This document shows positions 9,908 through 19,376 of a stretch of 64,000 bases of DNA, in pieces. Every line of letters begins with the position of its first letter. The stretch's first letter is position 1. The translations under genes were made by a program, and so were the position numbers. The stretch is taken from positions 668-64,667 of the forward strand of contig CAYFFZ010000001.1 in the NCBI GenBank assembly GCA_964342655.1, read 5' to 3'. Source of the DNA: an uncultured Nitrososphaerales archaeon. GTDB taxonomy: Archaea; Thermoproteota; Nitrososphaeria; Conexivisphaerales; UBA164. A model generated the notes under the pieces. It was not told the origin of the DNA. It worked only from the letters and a program-made list of their open reading frames with translations, and made no database searches.

Positions 9908-11119
9908 TTACGCTTTTGTAAAATATGTATATTCGTTAGCCATAAAAGAACCTTCGCCAAGCGACCATAATCCTAATGCCCTTACTTTTTCTCCTATTTT
10001 GAATCCTTTAAGCTTTGATGAAAGTTCCGAAGATGCCAATATTTTTCCTTCGCCAGAGTCATCTCCTATCATCATCTCATACTTGTCAGAAGTCCTCATT
10101 ACAAGTTCAGAAAGCACTATAAAATCAAGCGAAACGTAGCCTTTTTCTGCAGAGGTTACTTTTTGAAGCAAAGGTTGATAGCTCAGTTTTGCGTTGTGCT
10201 TCAGACATTCTTCAACTATAAAAATGGGGAACTGAAACCTAGCCTTTTTTAAGATTATCGCTTCAGAACCTGCGCACTCACTGTTAAGCTTAGATGGCCT
10301 AACGTTACCGAATTCATCCAAAAGCAGAACGTTTTCTCCCGAACCATAAACCTCCATGATTGAAGGAGATATTACTACTGTGTATGGTTTTAAGAAAGAT
10401 ACTTCTTGTCCATAATCACTTTTCCTGATGAGCGCGGGTGCCGCTGTTATCGTGAGTCCTTCTTCGATTGGTACTTCATACTCGTAGTCCCATAAAACTG
10501 CCCTGAACCTGGTGATGTTTTTTATAAAAAAGCTGACCCCACTACCCTCGGATCCGTCTTTTTTCTTATATGAAACCTTTTTTACAGGGCCTTCAACTAT
10601 TCCCTTTATTATAAAGTTCTTAGCATTTGGGCTTTTTAAAAGGAGTTCCTCCAGCTTTAAGACTTCGTTTGTCGTGCTCACGCTTGACTGCGAATTCAGA
10701 TGGACCTCTAGCTTATCGTTGTTGCCTTTTTTAACCTGCGCGTTTTTCAATATTATTTTTGAGCCTATTGGAATGTTCTTGAAAACATCTTCTTCTCCCC
10801 AGTATATTCCTCTCATGGGGGATTCATCGTAAAGGTAAAAAACCGTCCTTTTTTCGTATTTTTTATAGGATAAAAGGTATGCCGTTAAGTTTACTCCTTT
10901 TCTCTCAGTGCTTATTTCAGATAATTTAGAGTATTCCTCCAGCTTTATACCGAGTTCGTTTAAAATTAAGTAAAGAGCGCCAAGATCTGTAAGGTAACCA
11001 GCGCCTATCTGTTGCTTTTTTTCTTTTATTAGCTCCATTAACTTATCTTTTGTTAGATCTTTCCTCGATTCTAAAACTCGATCTATGATTCTGGTCAGCT
11101 TTTCGTTTTCAGCAGTCAT
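9908..11119 (-). CDS. replication protein A-like ssDNA-binding protein (three OB-fold-like segments)
   Basis: 403 aa. The N-terminal helical module ends in GYLTDLGALYLILNELGI, as in archaeal RPA41-type proteins. Three OB-like beta-rich blocks follow, e.g. RGIYWGEEDVFKNIPIGSKIILKNAQVKKGNNDKLEVHL. No zinc finger seen. Confidence 0.55.
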   Translation of the reverse strand: MTAENEKLTRIIDRVLESRKDLTKDKLMELIKEKKQQIGAGYLTDLGALYLILNELGIKLEEYSKLSEISTERKGVNLTAYLLSYKKYEKRTVFYLYDESPMRGIYWGEEDVFKNIPIGSKIILKNAQVKKGNNDKLEVHLNSQSSVSTTNEVLKLEELLLKSPNAKNFIIKGIVEGPVKKVSYKKKDGSEGSGVSFFIKNITRFRAVLWDYEYEVPIEEGLTITAAPALIRKSDYGQEVSFLKPYTVVISPSIMEVYGSGENVLLLDEFGNVRPSKLNSECAGSEAIILKKARFQFPIFIVEECLKHNAKLSYQPLLQKVTSAEKGYVSLDFIVLSELVMRTSDKYEMMIGDDSGEGKILASSELSSKLKGFKIGEKVRALGLWSLGEGSFMANEYTYFTKA

Positions 11120-12081
11120 TCTTTTTCCTTTATTTCCTGAAGATATCTTAAAGCGTCCAACGCTGCCTTGGCTCCCATGCCAGCAGCGGTGATCGCTTGC
11201 CTGTATACTGGATCTGCTATGTCTCCAGCCGCAAAAACTCCTTTAACGCTTGTTCCTGTTTCTCCGTAAAGTTTTATGTACTTGTTCTCCGTAAGCTCGA
11301 CCTGTCCCTCGACAAGCATCGTGTTCGGTATATGCCCTATATCAACAAAAACGCCTTTTACTGGAATAAGGGTAACTTCGTTTGTAATTTTGTTTTTTAC
11401 TTTTACCCCTTCAACTCTGGTATCACCTACGATCTCCACCACTTCGCTGTTCCATACAAACTTTATGTTAGGCAATGAGAAAGCCCTTTTCTGCATTATA
11501 GCCTGAGCTCTGAGCTTATCCCTTCTGTGTATAAGGGTGACGCTCTTGCAGATCTTCGCTAAGTAAATAGCATCTTCAACTGCTGTATCCCCTCCTCCAA
11601 CAACAGCCACATCCATGTTCTTAAAAAACATACCATCACATACAGCACAGTATGATACCCCTTTACCCTTGAACTTTTTTTCTGAAGGTAATCCGAGTTC
11701 TTTTGCCGAAGCACCCATAGCTAATATAACTGCATCCGCTAAATACGTATCGTCTTCAACCTTTACCTTAAAGGGCCTCTCCATCAGGTTAATTTCCGTA
11801 GCGTCCTTGTCTATTATCTGAGTTCCTAGTCTTTCTGCCTGCTGCCTCATTCTTTTCATTAATTCTGGACCGAGGATTGGCTCTGGAAAACCGGGAAAGT
11901 TTTCAACTTCGCTTGTAAGCATTAGCTGGCCTCCTGAAGAATATCCGGCTATCAGTATCATGTCTGCTCCTCCCCTTACAGCATATATCGCTGCCGTAAG
12001 ACCTGCAGGACCGCTCCCTATAATTACTATTTCGTGCTTTTCAGTTTTCCCTCCTTCAAAACCCGAAAGCTTAAAACCCAT
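11116..12081 (-). CDS. trxB: thioredoxin-disulfide reductase
   Basis: 321 aa. FAD motif IIGSGPAGLTAA, redox-active CAVCDG, NADPH motif VVGGGDTAVEDA. Confidence 0.9.
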   Translation of the reverse strand: MGFKLSGFEGGKTEKHEIVIIGSGPAGLTAAIYAVRGGADMILIAGYSSGGQLMLTSEVENFPGFPEPILGPELMKRMRQQAERLGTQIIDKDATEINLMERPFKVKVEDDTYLADAVILAMGASAKELGLPSEKKFKGKGVSYCAVCDGMFFKNMDVAVVGGGDTAVEDAIYLAKICKSVTLIHRRDKLRAQAIMQKRAFSLPNIKFVWNSEVVEIVGDTRVEGVKVKNKITNEVTLIPVKGVFVDIGHIPNTMLVEGQVELTENKYIKLYGETGTSVKGVFAAGDIADPVYRQAITAAGMGAKAALDALRYLQEIKEKE

Positions 12082-12188
12082 GGTAAAGATAACGTCTATC
12101 TAAAATAATAAGCGTTTTGGAATAATATTCTCCTTTATGACTCCAAAAAGCCTTTAAAAGGCAAAGATATGACCTTAGATGAGAAAAG

Positions 12189-13454
12189 ATGAGCTTCGTA
12201 ACAAAAATGGTTTGTTCAAGATGTGGAAAAGTTTACGACCCAAAAGAAGGTCATGTGATGTGTGATAAAAAAGATCTTGGCAGACTGGACATATTTTATG
12301 ACTATGAAAAGATAAAGGAAAAGCTAACAAAGGAATCGCTTGCAAAAAGGCCCCACGATACGTGGCGATGGAAAGAACTGATGCCAGTTGATGAAAAGTT
12401 CGCGATTAAACTCGGAGAAGGCGGCACACCTCTGATAAAGGCCACAAGGCTTGCAGAAGCATATGGTATAAAGGAACTCTATATAAAGGATGAAACCAGA
12501 AACCCGACAGGATCGTTCAAGGATAGGTCTATGTCTGTCAGCGTTGCAAAGGCTGTTGAATTGGGGGTAAAGGTCGATACAACTGCCAGCAGCGGAAATG
12601 CAGCTGCCGCTCTAGCCGCTTATTCTGCAAAGGCGGGAATAAAGACAGTTGCTTTTGTTCTTTCGACAGCCAGCGTTTCCAAAGTGGCCCAGCTGAAACT
12701 TTACGGCGCATCAGTGATCAAGGTAAGGGGCATAGAAAAAGGAGAAGATCCAACAGTAAAGATGATGCTTGCTGCTGTTGAAGAAATGGGCTGGTATCCT
12801 TCACCTTCTTTTGGTCCTTTTAACCCATACCAGGTTGAAGGACCTAAAGGTATAGCCTTCGAAGTTGCAGAACAGTTTGATTGGAAGCCTTATGACTGGA
12901 TGCTTGTGCCTACAGGCAGCAGCTGTCTTTTAGCGGGGATTTGGAAAGGGGTAAGGGACTTAAAAGAGATCGGGTTTGCTAATTACTATCCTAGACTAGT
13001 TCCCGTTCAGCCTGAGGGAAACAGCCCTCTTGTTAGGGCAATCAAAAACAACATACCTTTTGAAAAAATAGAGGCAGAAAAGCACCCTCATACAATTGCT
13101 TCAGGCTTGTCAGACCCGTATCCGTGGGATGGCGACGCGTCATTAGAAGGTGTTAAAAAGACAGGGGGGACTGGTGAGACGGCTAACGATGAAGAAATTG
13201 CTCAAGCTGTTAAAGACCTTGCTAAATACGAAGGAATATTTGCCGAACCCAGCGGCGCCGCTGCTCTGGGCGCTTTAAGAAAGCTAATTGACAACAAGGT
13301 CATTGACCGTAGCGATCGCGTAGTAGTTCTGGTTACTGGTTCAGGGTTTAAGGATCTAGCGTTTGCACAGTCCCTTTATAAAGAGCCTCCGGAGATAGAC
13401 GCGGACATAAACCAATTAAAGAAAGCGTTAAAAGAAGAAGGGGTACCTTTTTAA
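12189..13454 (+). CDS. thrC: threonine synthase (PLP-dependent)
   Basis: 421 aa. N-terminal zinc-ribbon-like CSRCGK...C, PLP-lysine motif NPTGSFKDRSMS, fold-type II layout. Confidence 0.85.
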   Translation: MSFVTKMVCSRCGKVYDPKEGHVMCDKKDLGRLDIFYDYEKIKEKLTKESLAKRPHDTWRWKELMPVDEKFAIKLGEGGTPLIKATRLAEAYGIKELYIKDETRNPTGSFKDRSMSVSVAKAVELGVKVDTTASSGNAAAALAAYSAKAGIKTVAFVLSTASVSKVAQLKLYGASVIKVRGIEKGEDPTVKMMLAAVEEMGWYPSPSFGPFNPYQVEGPKGIAFEVAEQFDWKPYDWMLVPTGSSCLLAGIWKGVRDLKEIGFANYYPRLVPVQPEGNSPLVRAIKNNIPFEKIEAEKHPHTIASGLSDPYPWDGDASLEGVKKTGGTGETANDEEIAQAVKDLAKYEGIFAEPSGAAALGALRKLIDNKVIDRSDRVVVLVTGSGFKDLAFAQSLYKEPPEIDADINQLKKALKEEGVPF

Positions 13455-13460
13455 AAATTA

Positions 13461-13952
13461 TTAAACCTTTTCTTTTTTATAGTATTTTTCTGCATCCTTT
13501 ACTGCTTCGTATATCTGATAATAAGTGCCGCACCTGCATATAACGCCGTTAAGCTCTTTTTTCAGTTCCTCGCCGTCTATGTCAGGATTCTTGCTCAGAA
13601 CGTAATGTGATGTAACAACGAAGGCCGGAGTGCAGAATCCGCATTGCATAGCTCCGTGTTTTACGAAAGATTCCATAAGCTTCTTTGCCCTTTCATCAGA
13701 ATACAAACCTTCTGCAGTTATTACTTCTTTTCCATCAGCTTCTACAGCAAGCGTCATGCAGCTTTTTACAGGGATTCCGTCAAGCAGAACTGTGCATAGC
13801 CCGCACTCGCCCCTCCAGCAGGCAGCTTTAACGCTTGTTACGCCAAGCTTTTCTCTTAATACATTAAGAAGCAGCTCATTATCTTCTACAGCTATCTCTT
13901 TAGCTATACCGTTAACCTTGAGCGATATGGTCCTCATTTTACGCACCTCCAA
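13461..13952 (-). CDS. molybdenum hydroxylase small subunit, [2Fe-2S] binding
   Basis: 163 aa. CWRGECGLCTV plus CGFCTPAF and CRCGTY cluster motifs. Confidence 0.85.
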   Translation of the reverse strand: MEVRKMRTISLKVNGIAKEIAVEDNELLLNVLREKLGVTSVKAACWRGECGLCTVLLDGIPVKSCMTLAVEADGKEVITAEGLYSDERAKKLMESFVKHGAMQCGFCTPAFVVTSHYVLSKNPDIDGEELKKELNGVICRCGTYYQIYEAVKDAEKYYKKEKV

Positions 13953-14805
13953 AAACTTCTTTTAAAGCACGAGCAGTAAGTATCTTTGACATTTCTTTTC
14001 TGTATTCTGAGCTTGCTACAGCGTCTGACATAGGTTGCACTGTTGTATAAACTACATCAGAAGCTCTCTTTATGTTTTCTGCAACTGATCCTTCCCAGTT
14101 CCACTTTAAAGAAGAATTATCAAAGTAATAAGGCGTAGGAGCTATAGCCCCAACTGACAAAGCCAACTTTTTCTTTTCTTGACGCACTGTTACAGCCACA
14201 GTGACAATGGCAACTTCGCTGGCGTTCATGAATTTTAGATAAGTTCCCCTCACGTTTTCGCTGTAAGGTACAATTATCTTTGTAATGATCTCATCTTCTT
14301 TTAGCGATGTCCTTCCTATGCCAAGAACCAGATTTGATGAAGGCAAGAAACGTATGCCTTCAGAGCTCCTAACTTCTAGTACTGAATCCATCGACATAAG
14401 TGCTGGTAAACCATCTGTGCTTGGCATCCCAACGCTTATGTTTCCGCCTATAGTTACTGTATGCTGCAGTGTCCTATCTCCCATAAAAGAAGCGGCCTTT
14501 GCCAACGCAGGACACTTTTCTTTTAAAAGTTTCGAATTTTGCAGTTCTATAGCATTTACCATGCTTCCTATTTCAATGCCTTTGTCTGTAACGTTAATCT
14601 TTTTCAATTCCTCTATGTTCTTCAGGTCAATCACATATTCAGGAAAAATCTGTCTTTCTTTCATCAAGTTCACAAGCATTATACCTCCTGCCTTGACCTT
14701 TGCCCTCCCTCTGTGTTGTTTAAGCATGTTCAGGGCTTCTTCGATGTCTTTTGGCTCCAGATAAACGAACTTGGGTAAAGTAAAATAAGGCGTTGTAAAG
14801 CTCAT
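13939..14805 (-). CDS. molybdenum hydroxylase medium subunit, FAD binding
   Basis: 288 aa. CoxM/XdhB-like FAD domain (KAGGIMLVNLMKER...). Overlaps both neighbouring subunit genes. Confidence 0.8.
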   Translation of the reverse strand: MSFTTPYFTLPKFVYLEPKDIEEALNMLKQHRGRAKVKAGGIMLVNLMKERQIFPEYVIDLKNIEELKKINVTDKGIEIGSMVNAIELQNSKLLKEKCPALAKAASFMGDRTLQHTVTIGGNISVGMPSTDGLPALMSMDSVLEVRSSEGIRFLPSSNLVLGIGRTSLKEDEIITKIIVPYSENVRGTYLKFMNASEVAIVTVAVTVRQEKKKLALSVGAIAPTPYYFDNSSLKWNWEGSVAENIKRASDVVYTTVQPMSDAVASSEYRKEMSKILTARALKEVFGGA

Positions 14806-17201
14806 ATCTGTTCTACCTCTTTTATGCCTTCTTCAAAAAATGATTTCAAAGCTTTATCTATAAGTTCTGGTTTCTGTTCTTTTATCGCCTTCCATAGCTT
14901 TTCAGCTGTTATCGGCAGTTCGTTTATCTTAACTCCTGTAGCCCTGAATATAGCGTTTGCAATAGCTGGCGCGACAGCAACCATAACGTGTTCCCCCACG
15001 CCCCTCGCGCCAAGTGGCCCATCCTTTTGTGGCGTCTCTATAATGTAGCTTTCCATGTTTGCAGTCATGTCTTCAAAGTGAGGAACATAATAATTTATGA
15101 GGTTTGGATTCAAGACCTTACCGTCTTCTCCAAACTTTAACTGTTCAAACAGCGCTGAGCCGAGCCCCATTATAAAGCCGCCGTCCATCTGTCCTTTTAC
15201 AAGCAGAGGATCTATCGCTTTCCCAACGTCATATACCTGTATAGCTCTTAGCACTTTAACTTCTCCTGTAAGCAGGTCTATCTCAAGCTCCACTCCTGTA
15301 CCCCCATATGTATGAAAAACGGTGTTAGATCCCTGTCCATATGCGTCCAAGAAAGTGTTCAAAATTGGTGTATAGCTTCCTCTGCCTATGATGGGCGAAC
15401 CAACGGTCGTCCCATCCGGATATGTGTATCCCATTGCAAACTCCTTGATTTCTTTTCTGATCCATGGATGTGTTTTTGAGTAAGCGTAACCGTCTGATAC
15501 TTCTACATCGTCAACCGGCACCTTAAAGACCCGTGAAGCAGTATCCTTTATCTGATTCTTTGCGTCCTCGATAGCCCTAAGTAGAGCTATGCCATCAGAG
15601 AACAGTCCTCTGCTTCCAACTGTCTGCCATGTATACGGGTTTGTATCCGTGCTAACCATTTCTAGCTGGTTTATCTTGATTTTTTCTAGAGGAACCCCAA
15701 ATGACTCTGCGGCAATGATCGCCAGGGATGTCGGGGTTCCCTGACCCATGCTACCGTTACCTGTTAAAACGTCTATTGTTCCGTCTTCGTTCAACTTCAC
15801 TATCGCTGAGGCACCAGCGTTAGGTGGCTGAGAAGGCGCTTTAACTAAGAGCGCTATACCTTTTGCTCTTAATTTCCAAGGCTCTGGTGGCATTTCTGTA
15901 TGATCGAGGTCTATTGCTTGGGCCAGAATGCTAAGAACTTTTTGAGGGTCGCCTTCATCTTCTCTAACCCTTTCTCCAGTTGCCCTTATAGACTCTCCAG
16001 GTTTTAACAGGTTCTTACGCCTTATTTCAACAGGGTCGATTCCGAGGACGCTTGCGGCTCTATCTAACGTGAGCTCAAGTGCCCAGTGGTTCTCTGGGTG
16101 CCCAAAACCCCTCATAGCTGTTGTCGGAATTTTATTCGTATAAACAGCGTAAGACCTTACGTGAACGTTTGGCACATCGTACGCCCCGTCAGCAGAATAA
16201 CCTGCTGTCCTGGCTACATTTATAGTATAGTCTGCGTAAGCTCCAGCATCCAGGTAAAAATCTGCCTGGTATGCCACAAACTTTCCGTCCCTTTTAAACC
16301 CAGCCTTTACTTTTGCTATAAAGCCGTCCCTTACTGGAGCAGAAGTCATTTGTTCCGCCCTGCTTAAAACCAGCTTAACAGGCTTTCTACCTGCAAACTT
16401 TGATAGAAGAGCCACAAGCGGCTCCCAACCTAGCCCCGCCTTTAATCCAAAACCTCCCCCTGCGGGAGGTGCATGAATTATTATTCTGTTTACGGGCAAC
16501 TTTAAAGCGTCTGCCATCAAATACCTTGTAGCAAAAGGTGATTGTATGCTAGTCCAAACCTCGACATAGTCATCAAACCTCCACCAAGCAAGCACGTTTT
16601 GAGTTTCCATTGTAACATGGCTTATCTGTGGCAACCTGTATGTTTCTTCAATTATCACTATGTCTTCCTCTTTTAGCGCATTTTCGACATCGCCGTGCTT
16701 AAGTTCGAACACGTTTGCGATGTTTGTTCCTGGAACTGGATGAAAACCTGGAAAAACTCTGTACTCTCCAAGCTTTTCGTGTATCAGAGGGGCATCCTTT
16801 TCAAGAGCCCTTTCAACTGTAAGCACGGGCTCCAGCGGTTCATATTCTACTTTAACCTTTTCTGCGGCTTCTTCAGCGGCTTCTAGAGAATCAGCGATAA
16901 CTGCCGCGACGGGATGCCCTATCCACCTTACTTTGTCTACAGCTAGCACATCTCTATCAGAAAGATACAGTCCTAGCCTGTATGGAAAATCCTTTCCGGT
17001 TGCAACGTTTATAACACCCTTCACTTTAATTGCTTCTGATACATCGATGCTCTTTATTTTTGCATGTGGAAGCTTGCTTGTAACAAGCTTTGCATAAAGA
17101 GTTCCAGGAAAGCTTATGTCAAAAGCGTATTTCAAGGTCCCGGTTACTTTCAACCAAGAATCCGCTTGCGGGACCTCTTTCCCAATATTTTTATAAGTCA
17201 T
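14802..17201 (-). CDS. molybdenum hydroxylase large subunit (aldehyde oxidoreductase / xanthine dehydrogenase family)
   Basis: 799 aa. Contains PTTAMRGFGHPE and GSRG-type motifs of the molybdopterin-binding subunit. Lacks the CODH-specific AYRCSFR loop. Confidence 0.85.
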   Translation of the reverse strand: MTYKNIGKEVPQADSWLKVTGTLKYAFDISFPGTLYAKLVTSKLPHAKIKSIDVSEAIKVKGVINVATGKDFPYRLGLYLSDRDVLAVDKVRWIGHPVAAVIADSLEAAEEAAEKVKVEYEPLEPVLTVERALEKDAPLIHEKLGEYRVFPGFHPVPGTNIANVFELKHGDVENALKEEDIVIIEETYRLPQISHVTMETQNVLAWWRFDDYVEVWTSIQSPFATRYLMADALKLPVNRIIIHAPPAGGGFGLKAGLGWEPLVALLSKFAGRKPVKLVLSRAEQMTSAPVRDGFIAKVKAGFKRDGKFVAYQADFYLDAGAYADYTINVARTAGYSADGAYDVPNVHVRSYAVYTNKIPTTAMRGFGHPENHWALELTLDRAASVLGIDPVEIRRKNLLKPGESIRATGERVREDEGDPQKVLSILAQAIDLDHTEMPPEPWKLRAKGIALLVKAPSQPPNAGASAIVKLNEDGTIDVLTGNGSMGQGTPTSLAIIAAESFGVPLEKIKINQLEMVSTDTNPYTWQTVGSRGLFSDGIALLRAIEDAKNQIKDTASRVFKVPVDDVEVSDGYAYSKTHPWIRKEIKEFAMGYTYPDGTTVGSPIIGRGSYTPILNTFLDAYGQGSNTVFHTYGGTGVELEIDLLTGEVKVLRAIQVYDVGKAIDPLLVKGQMDGGFIMGLGSALFEQLKFGEDGKVLNPNLINYYVPHFEDMTANMESYIIETPQKDGPLGARGVGEHVMVAVAPAIANAIFRATGVKINELPITAEKLWKAIKEQKPELIDKALKSFFEEGIKEVEQI

Positions 17202-17342
17202 GTAAGCTTATAATGGTTGTTTGTTTATTTAAACTTTTTAACAAAAAGAACTAAATGCAGATAAATGTCTAAATTTAGCGTTTTAAATATACAATTGATT
17301 TTCAAATTGATGAATATTGTTTTAGTTCACATAGCTTTTTAT

Positions 17343-18047
17343 TTAATCTTCTAGCATCTTTATGTGCTTTACAGGGTTCCCGTCAAATTTAAAAACCCTG
17401 CTTATTATCATGAGTTCTGGTCCTGTAGTGCTGCGCCCCACAATTAGCCCGTTTGTATTTCCAACTATTCCTGATGCTACAAAAGGCACTCCACCGTTTA
17501 TAGAGCCTACGTCTACATCAACGCCAAGTATTTCTTTGGCTTTTTTAAGCTCTTCCCCATTTGACATAGGATGTAATAGTGCCCCATTATTTGTAGCCAT
17601 GCCCACGGCGCCAACCTGAAAGTATCCCGCTATCGGCATCCTGATGAGCTTTACTTTTAATACTCTGGCTGCCTGCTCAACTTCTTTATCAGAAAGAATA
17701 GGCGATGCTATGCCGCCATAGTCGTTAACCAAAAAAAGGTTTCCAACTGATGTGTAAATTGAGTCAAGCCTTTCCACTTTTCCGCTTATCGATCTTTCTA
17801 TCCCTGCCACTTCATCATCAGTTGCAAACTTGGTTACAAGTGCCCCAGAAGAATTCATAACCATCAAAGGCCCTAGAAGCCTCCCACCTCCAGCACTAGC
17901 GTAGTAAAAGTTAACCCTGAGCATCTCGGCCATTAATTTTCCTTTTCTTTCAGGATAACCCTGAGGAATCAATAATGCTCGCTCGGAGACCTTTAGGAAC
18001 AATCCAACGTTTGGGTTTCTGTATACATTGTAAAGGTATATCGACAA
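17343..18047 (-). CDS. eif6: translation initiation factor 6 (aIF6)
   Basis: 234 aa. YRNPNVGLF... and a repeated pentein-like periodicity typical of eIF6. Confidence 0.85.
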   Translation of the reverse strand: MSIYLYNVYRNPNVGLFLKVSERALLIPQGYPERKGKLMAEMLRVNFYYASAGGGRLLGPLMVMNSSGALVTKFATDDEVAGIERSISGKVERLDSIYTSVGNLFLVNDYGGIASPILSDKEVEQAARVLKVKLIRMPIAGYFQVGAVGMATNNGALLHPMSNGEELKKAKEILGVDVDVGSINGGVPFVASGIVGNTNGLIVGRSTTGPELMIISRVFKFDGNPVKHIKMLED

Positions 18048-18128
18048 CTTTTGTTTCTGTAATTTTTTTCCTTTTAAACATTTATTAAATTCCGCAATGT
18101 TTTTTATTACTTAAGTTAAAGTTTAAGT

Positions 18129-18686
18129 TTGATGCAGGAAGCCTTAAAAATAGCTTTGATTGCCGTTACTGCATTATTTTACTTGCCCGGCGCAATAGAA
18201 GATTTCCTACATAGAGAGGTTGACGATGTATTTATCTTCCTCCCTTATCTTTCTTATATAGTTACCTATTTTATATTTGGATTAAGGGTTGCCTTGTTTG
18301 GGGCTTTTATGGGTATAATAATAGGGATAGCGTCCTATATTATGTTCAGATATGACTATATTGCAAGTGGTGACCTACTTGGTCTGCCAGCTATATTTTC
18401 CGCTATGTACGTTTTGGACTTTCTGCCAGCGTTTTTATCGATTATAACCATTTTTGACCTTACGAGAATTTATCTAAGAAAGAAGGGGCTTAAAATAAAA
18501 AAAGACAAAATTAAAAGCGAAGAAGAAAAGTTCTGGTTGCCAGAGAAACAAAAATCAGAGAACAACGAAAAACAAGATGATTCAAAAACTGAGTTTTATC
18601 AGTATGGCGTTCCTCTGCTGGGTTATGCGTTTTTAGCGTATTTCTTATCTGTTGTTTTATATTTACTCATAAACATTTTTGCGTAA
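18129..18686 (+). CDS. membrane protein, probable A24-family prepilin/preflagellin aspartic peptidase
   Basis: 185 aa with a TTG start and multiple TM helices. AIEDFLHREVDDVFIFL and ASGDLLGL resemble the two catalytic-Asp motifs of archaeal FlaK/PibD. There is a highly charged insert before the last TM. Confidence 0.45.
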   Translation: MMQEALKIALIAVTALFYLPGAIEDFLHREVDDVFIFLPYLSYIVTYFIFGLRVALFGAFMGIIIGIASYIMFRYDYIASGDLLGLPAIFSAMYVLDFLPAFLSIITIFDLTRIYLRKKGLKIKKDKIKSEEEKFWLPEKQKSENNEKQDDSKTEFYQYGVPLLGYAFLAYFLSVVLYLLINIFA

Positions 18687-18727
18687 AATCGCAAAATCTT
18701 ATTTTTAGATCAAAAATGATTTTAAAA

Positions 18728-18801
18728 TGGGCCCGGTGGGACTTGAACCCACGACCGCCCGGTTATGAGCCGGGCGCTCTGCCATCCTGAGCTACGGGCC
18801 C
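18728..18801 (-). tRNA. tRNA with CAT anticodon (elongator Met or Ile2)
   Basis: Reverse complement GGGCCCG-TA-GCTC..GAGC-G-CCCGG-CTCATAA-CCGGG-CGGTC-GTGGG-TTCAAGT-CCCAC-CGGGCCC-A. G1:C72 and the anticodon stem argue against an initiator. Confidence 0.9.
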
Positions 18802-18840
18802 TTTATTTTGATTGTTGTTTTTTGTTTTTAACTTTGTCGT

Positions 18841-19215
18841 TTATTTGAGCAACACGCCTGAAAGGGCGCCGTTCTTTGATGGTTTTGATGTTATCCTAAC
18901 TTTTCCGAGCTCTGTCGCCACAATAGCACCTTTTGTTATAACGCCCCTTCTTTCATAATCTCTATTGGCTGGGTTAGAAACGACTGATAATATTTTAACG
19001 CTTTTTGTCCCTTCGGAGGTTGCAACGTTTACTTTATCTGTTCTCGCCACATATGTTATTGTATTTCCACCTCTAACTCTTCTGCTTTTTGTTACAAGCT
19101 CGCCAACCTCAACAACACGGGGCTGAGCTTTCCTTTCTCTCCTCCTTTTCCCTCTGTAAGCTTTCCGTTTACCTCCTGTAATCTTTCTTTTGGTTAAATT
19201 TTCAATGTTTGGCAT
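18841..19215 (-). CDS. rps8e: 30S ribosomal protein eS8
   Basis: 124 aa. Basic N-terminus KRKITGGKRKAYRGKRRRE and overall eS8 pattern. Confidence 0.9.
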   Translation of the reverse strand: MPNIENLTKRKITGGKRKAYRGKRRRERKAQPRVVEVGELVTKSRRVRGGNTITYVARTDKVNVATSEGTKSVKILSVVSNPANRDYERRGVITKGAIVATELGKVRITSKPSKNGALSGVLLK

Positions 19216-19376
19216 TTATCTCGCTTTTTCCTTTCATTTTATATAAATATAACTTTTTCGAGCAAAACTCCATGATTACAATTTTTTATGACATTCTCTA
19301 CGCCTTGAAAATGCAAGGCTACAACCAACTTTTTAATTAACGCTTTGTTTTTATAATGGGATAAAAAATTAGTAAA

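Noticed and set aside
12169-12192. 7-codon upstream ORF (MTLDEKR) whose TGA overlaps the thrC ATG, considered as a leader peptide.
   Set aside because: It is too short, has no run of Thr/Ile regulatory codons and has no alternative hairpins. It is most likely fortuitous.
14802-17201. Possible carbon-monoxide dehydrogenase (CoxL).
   Set aside because: The CODH-specific active-site loop is not present. The motifs fit the generic aldehyde oxidoreductase / xanthine dehydrogenase family.
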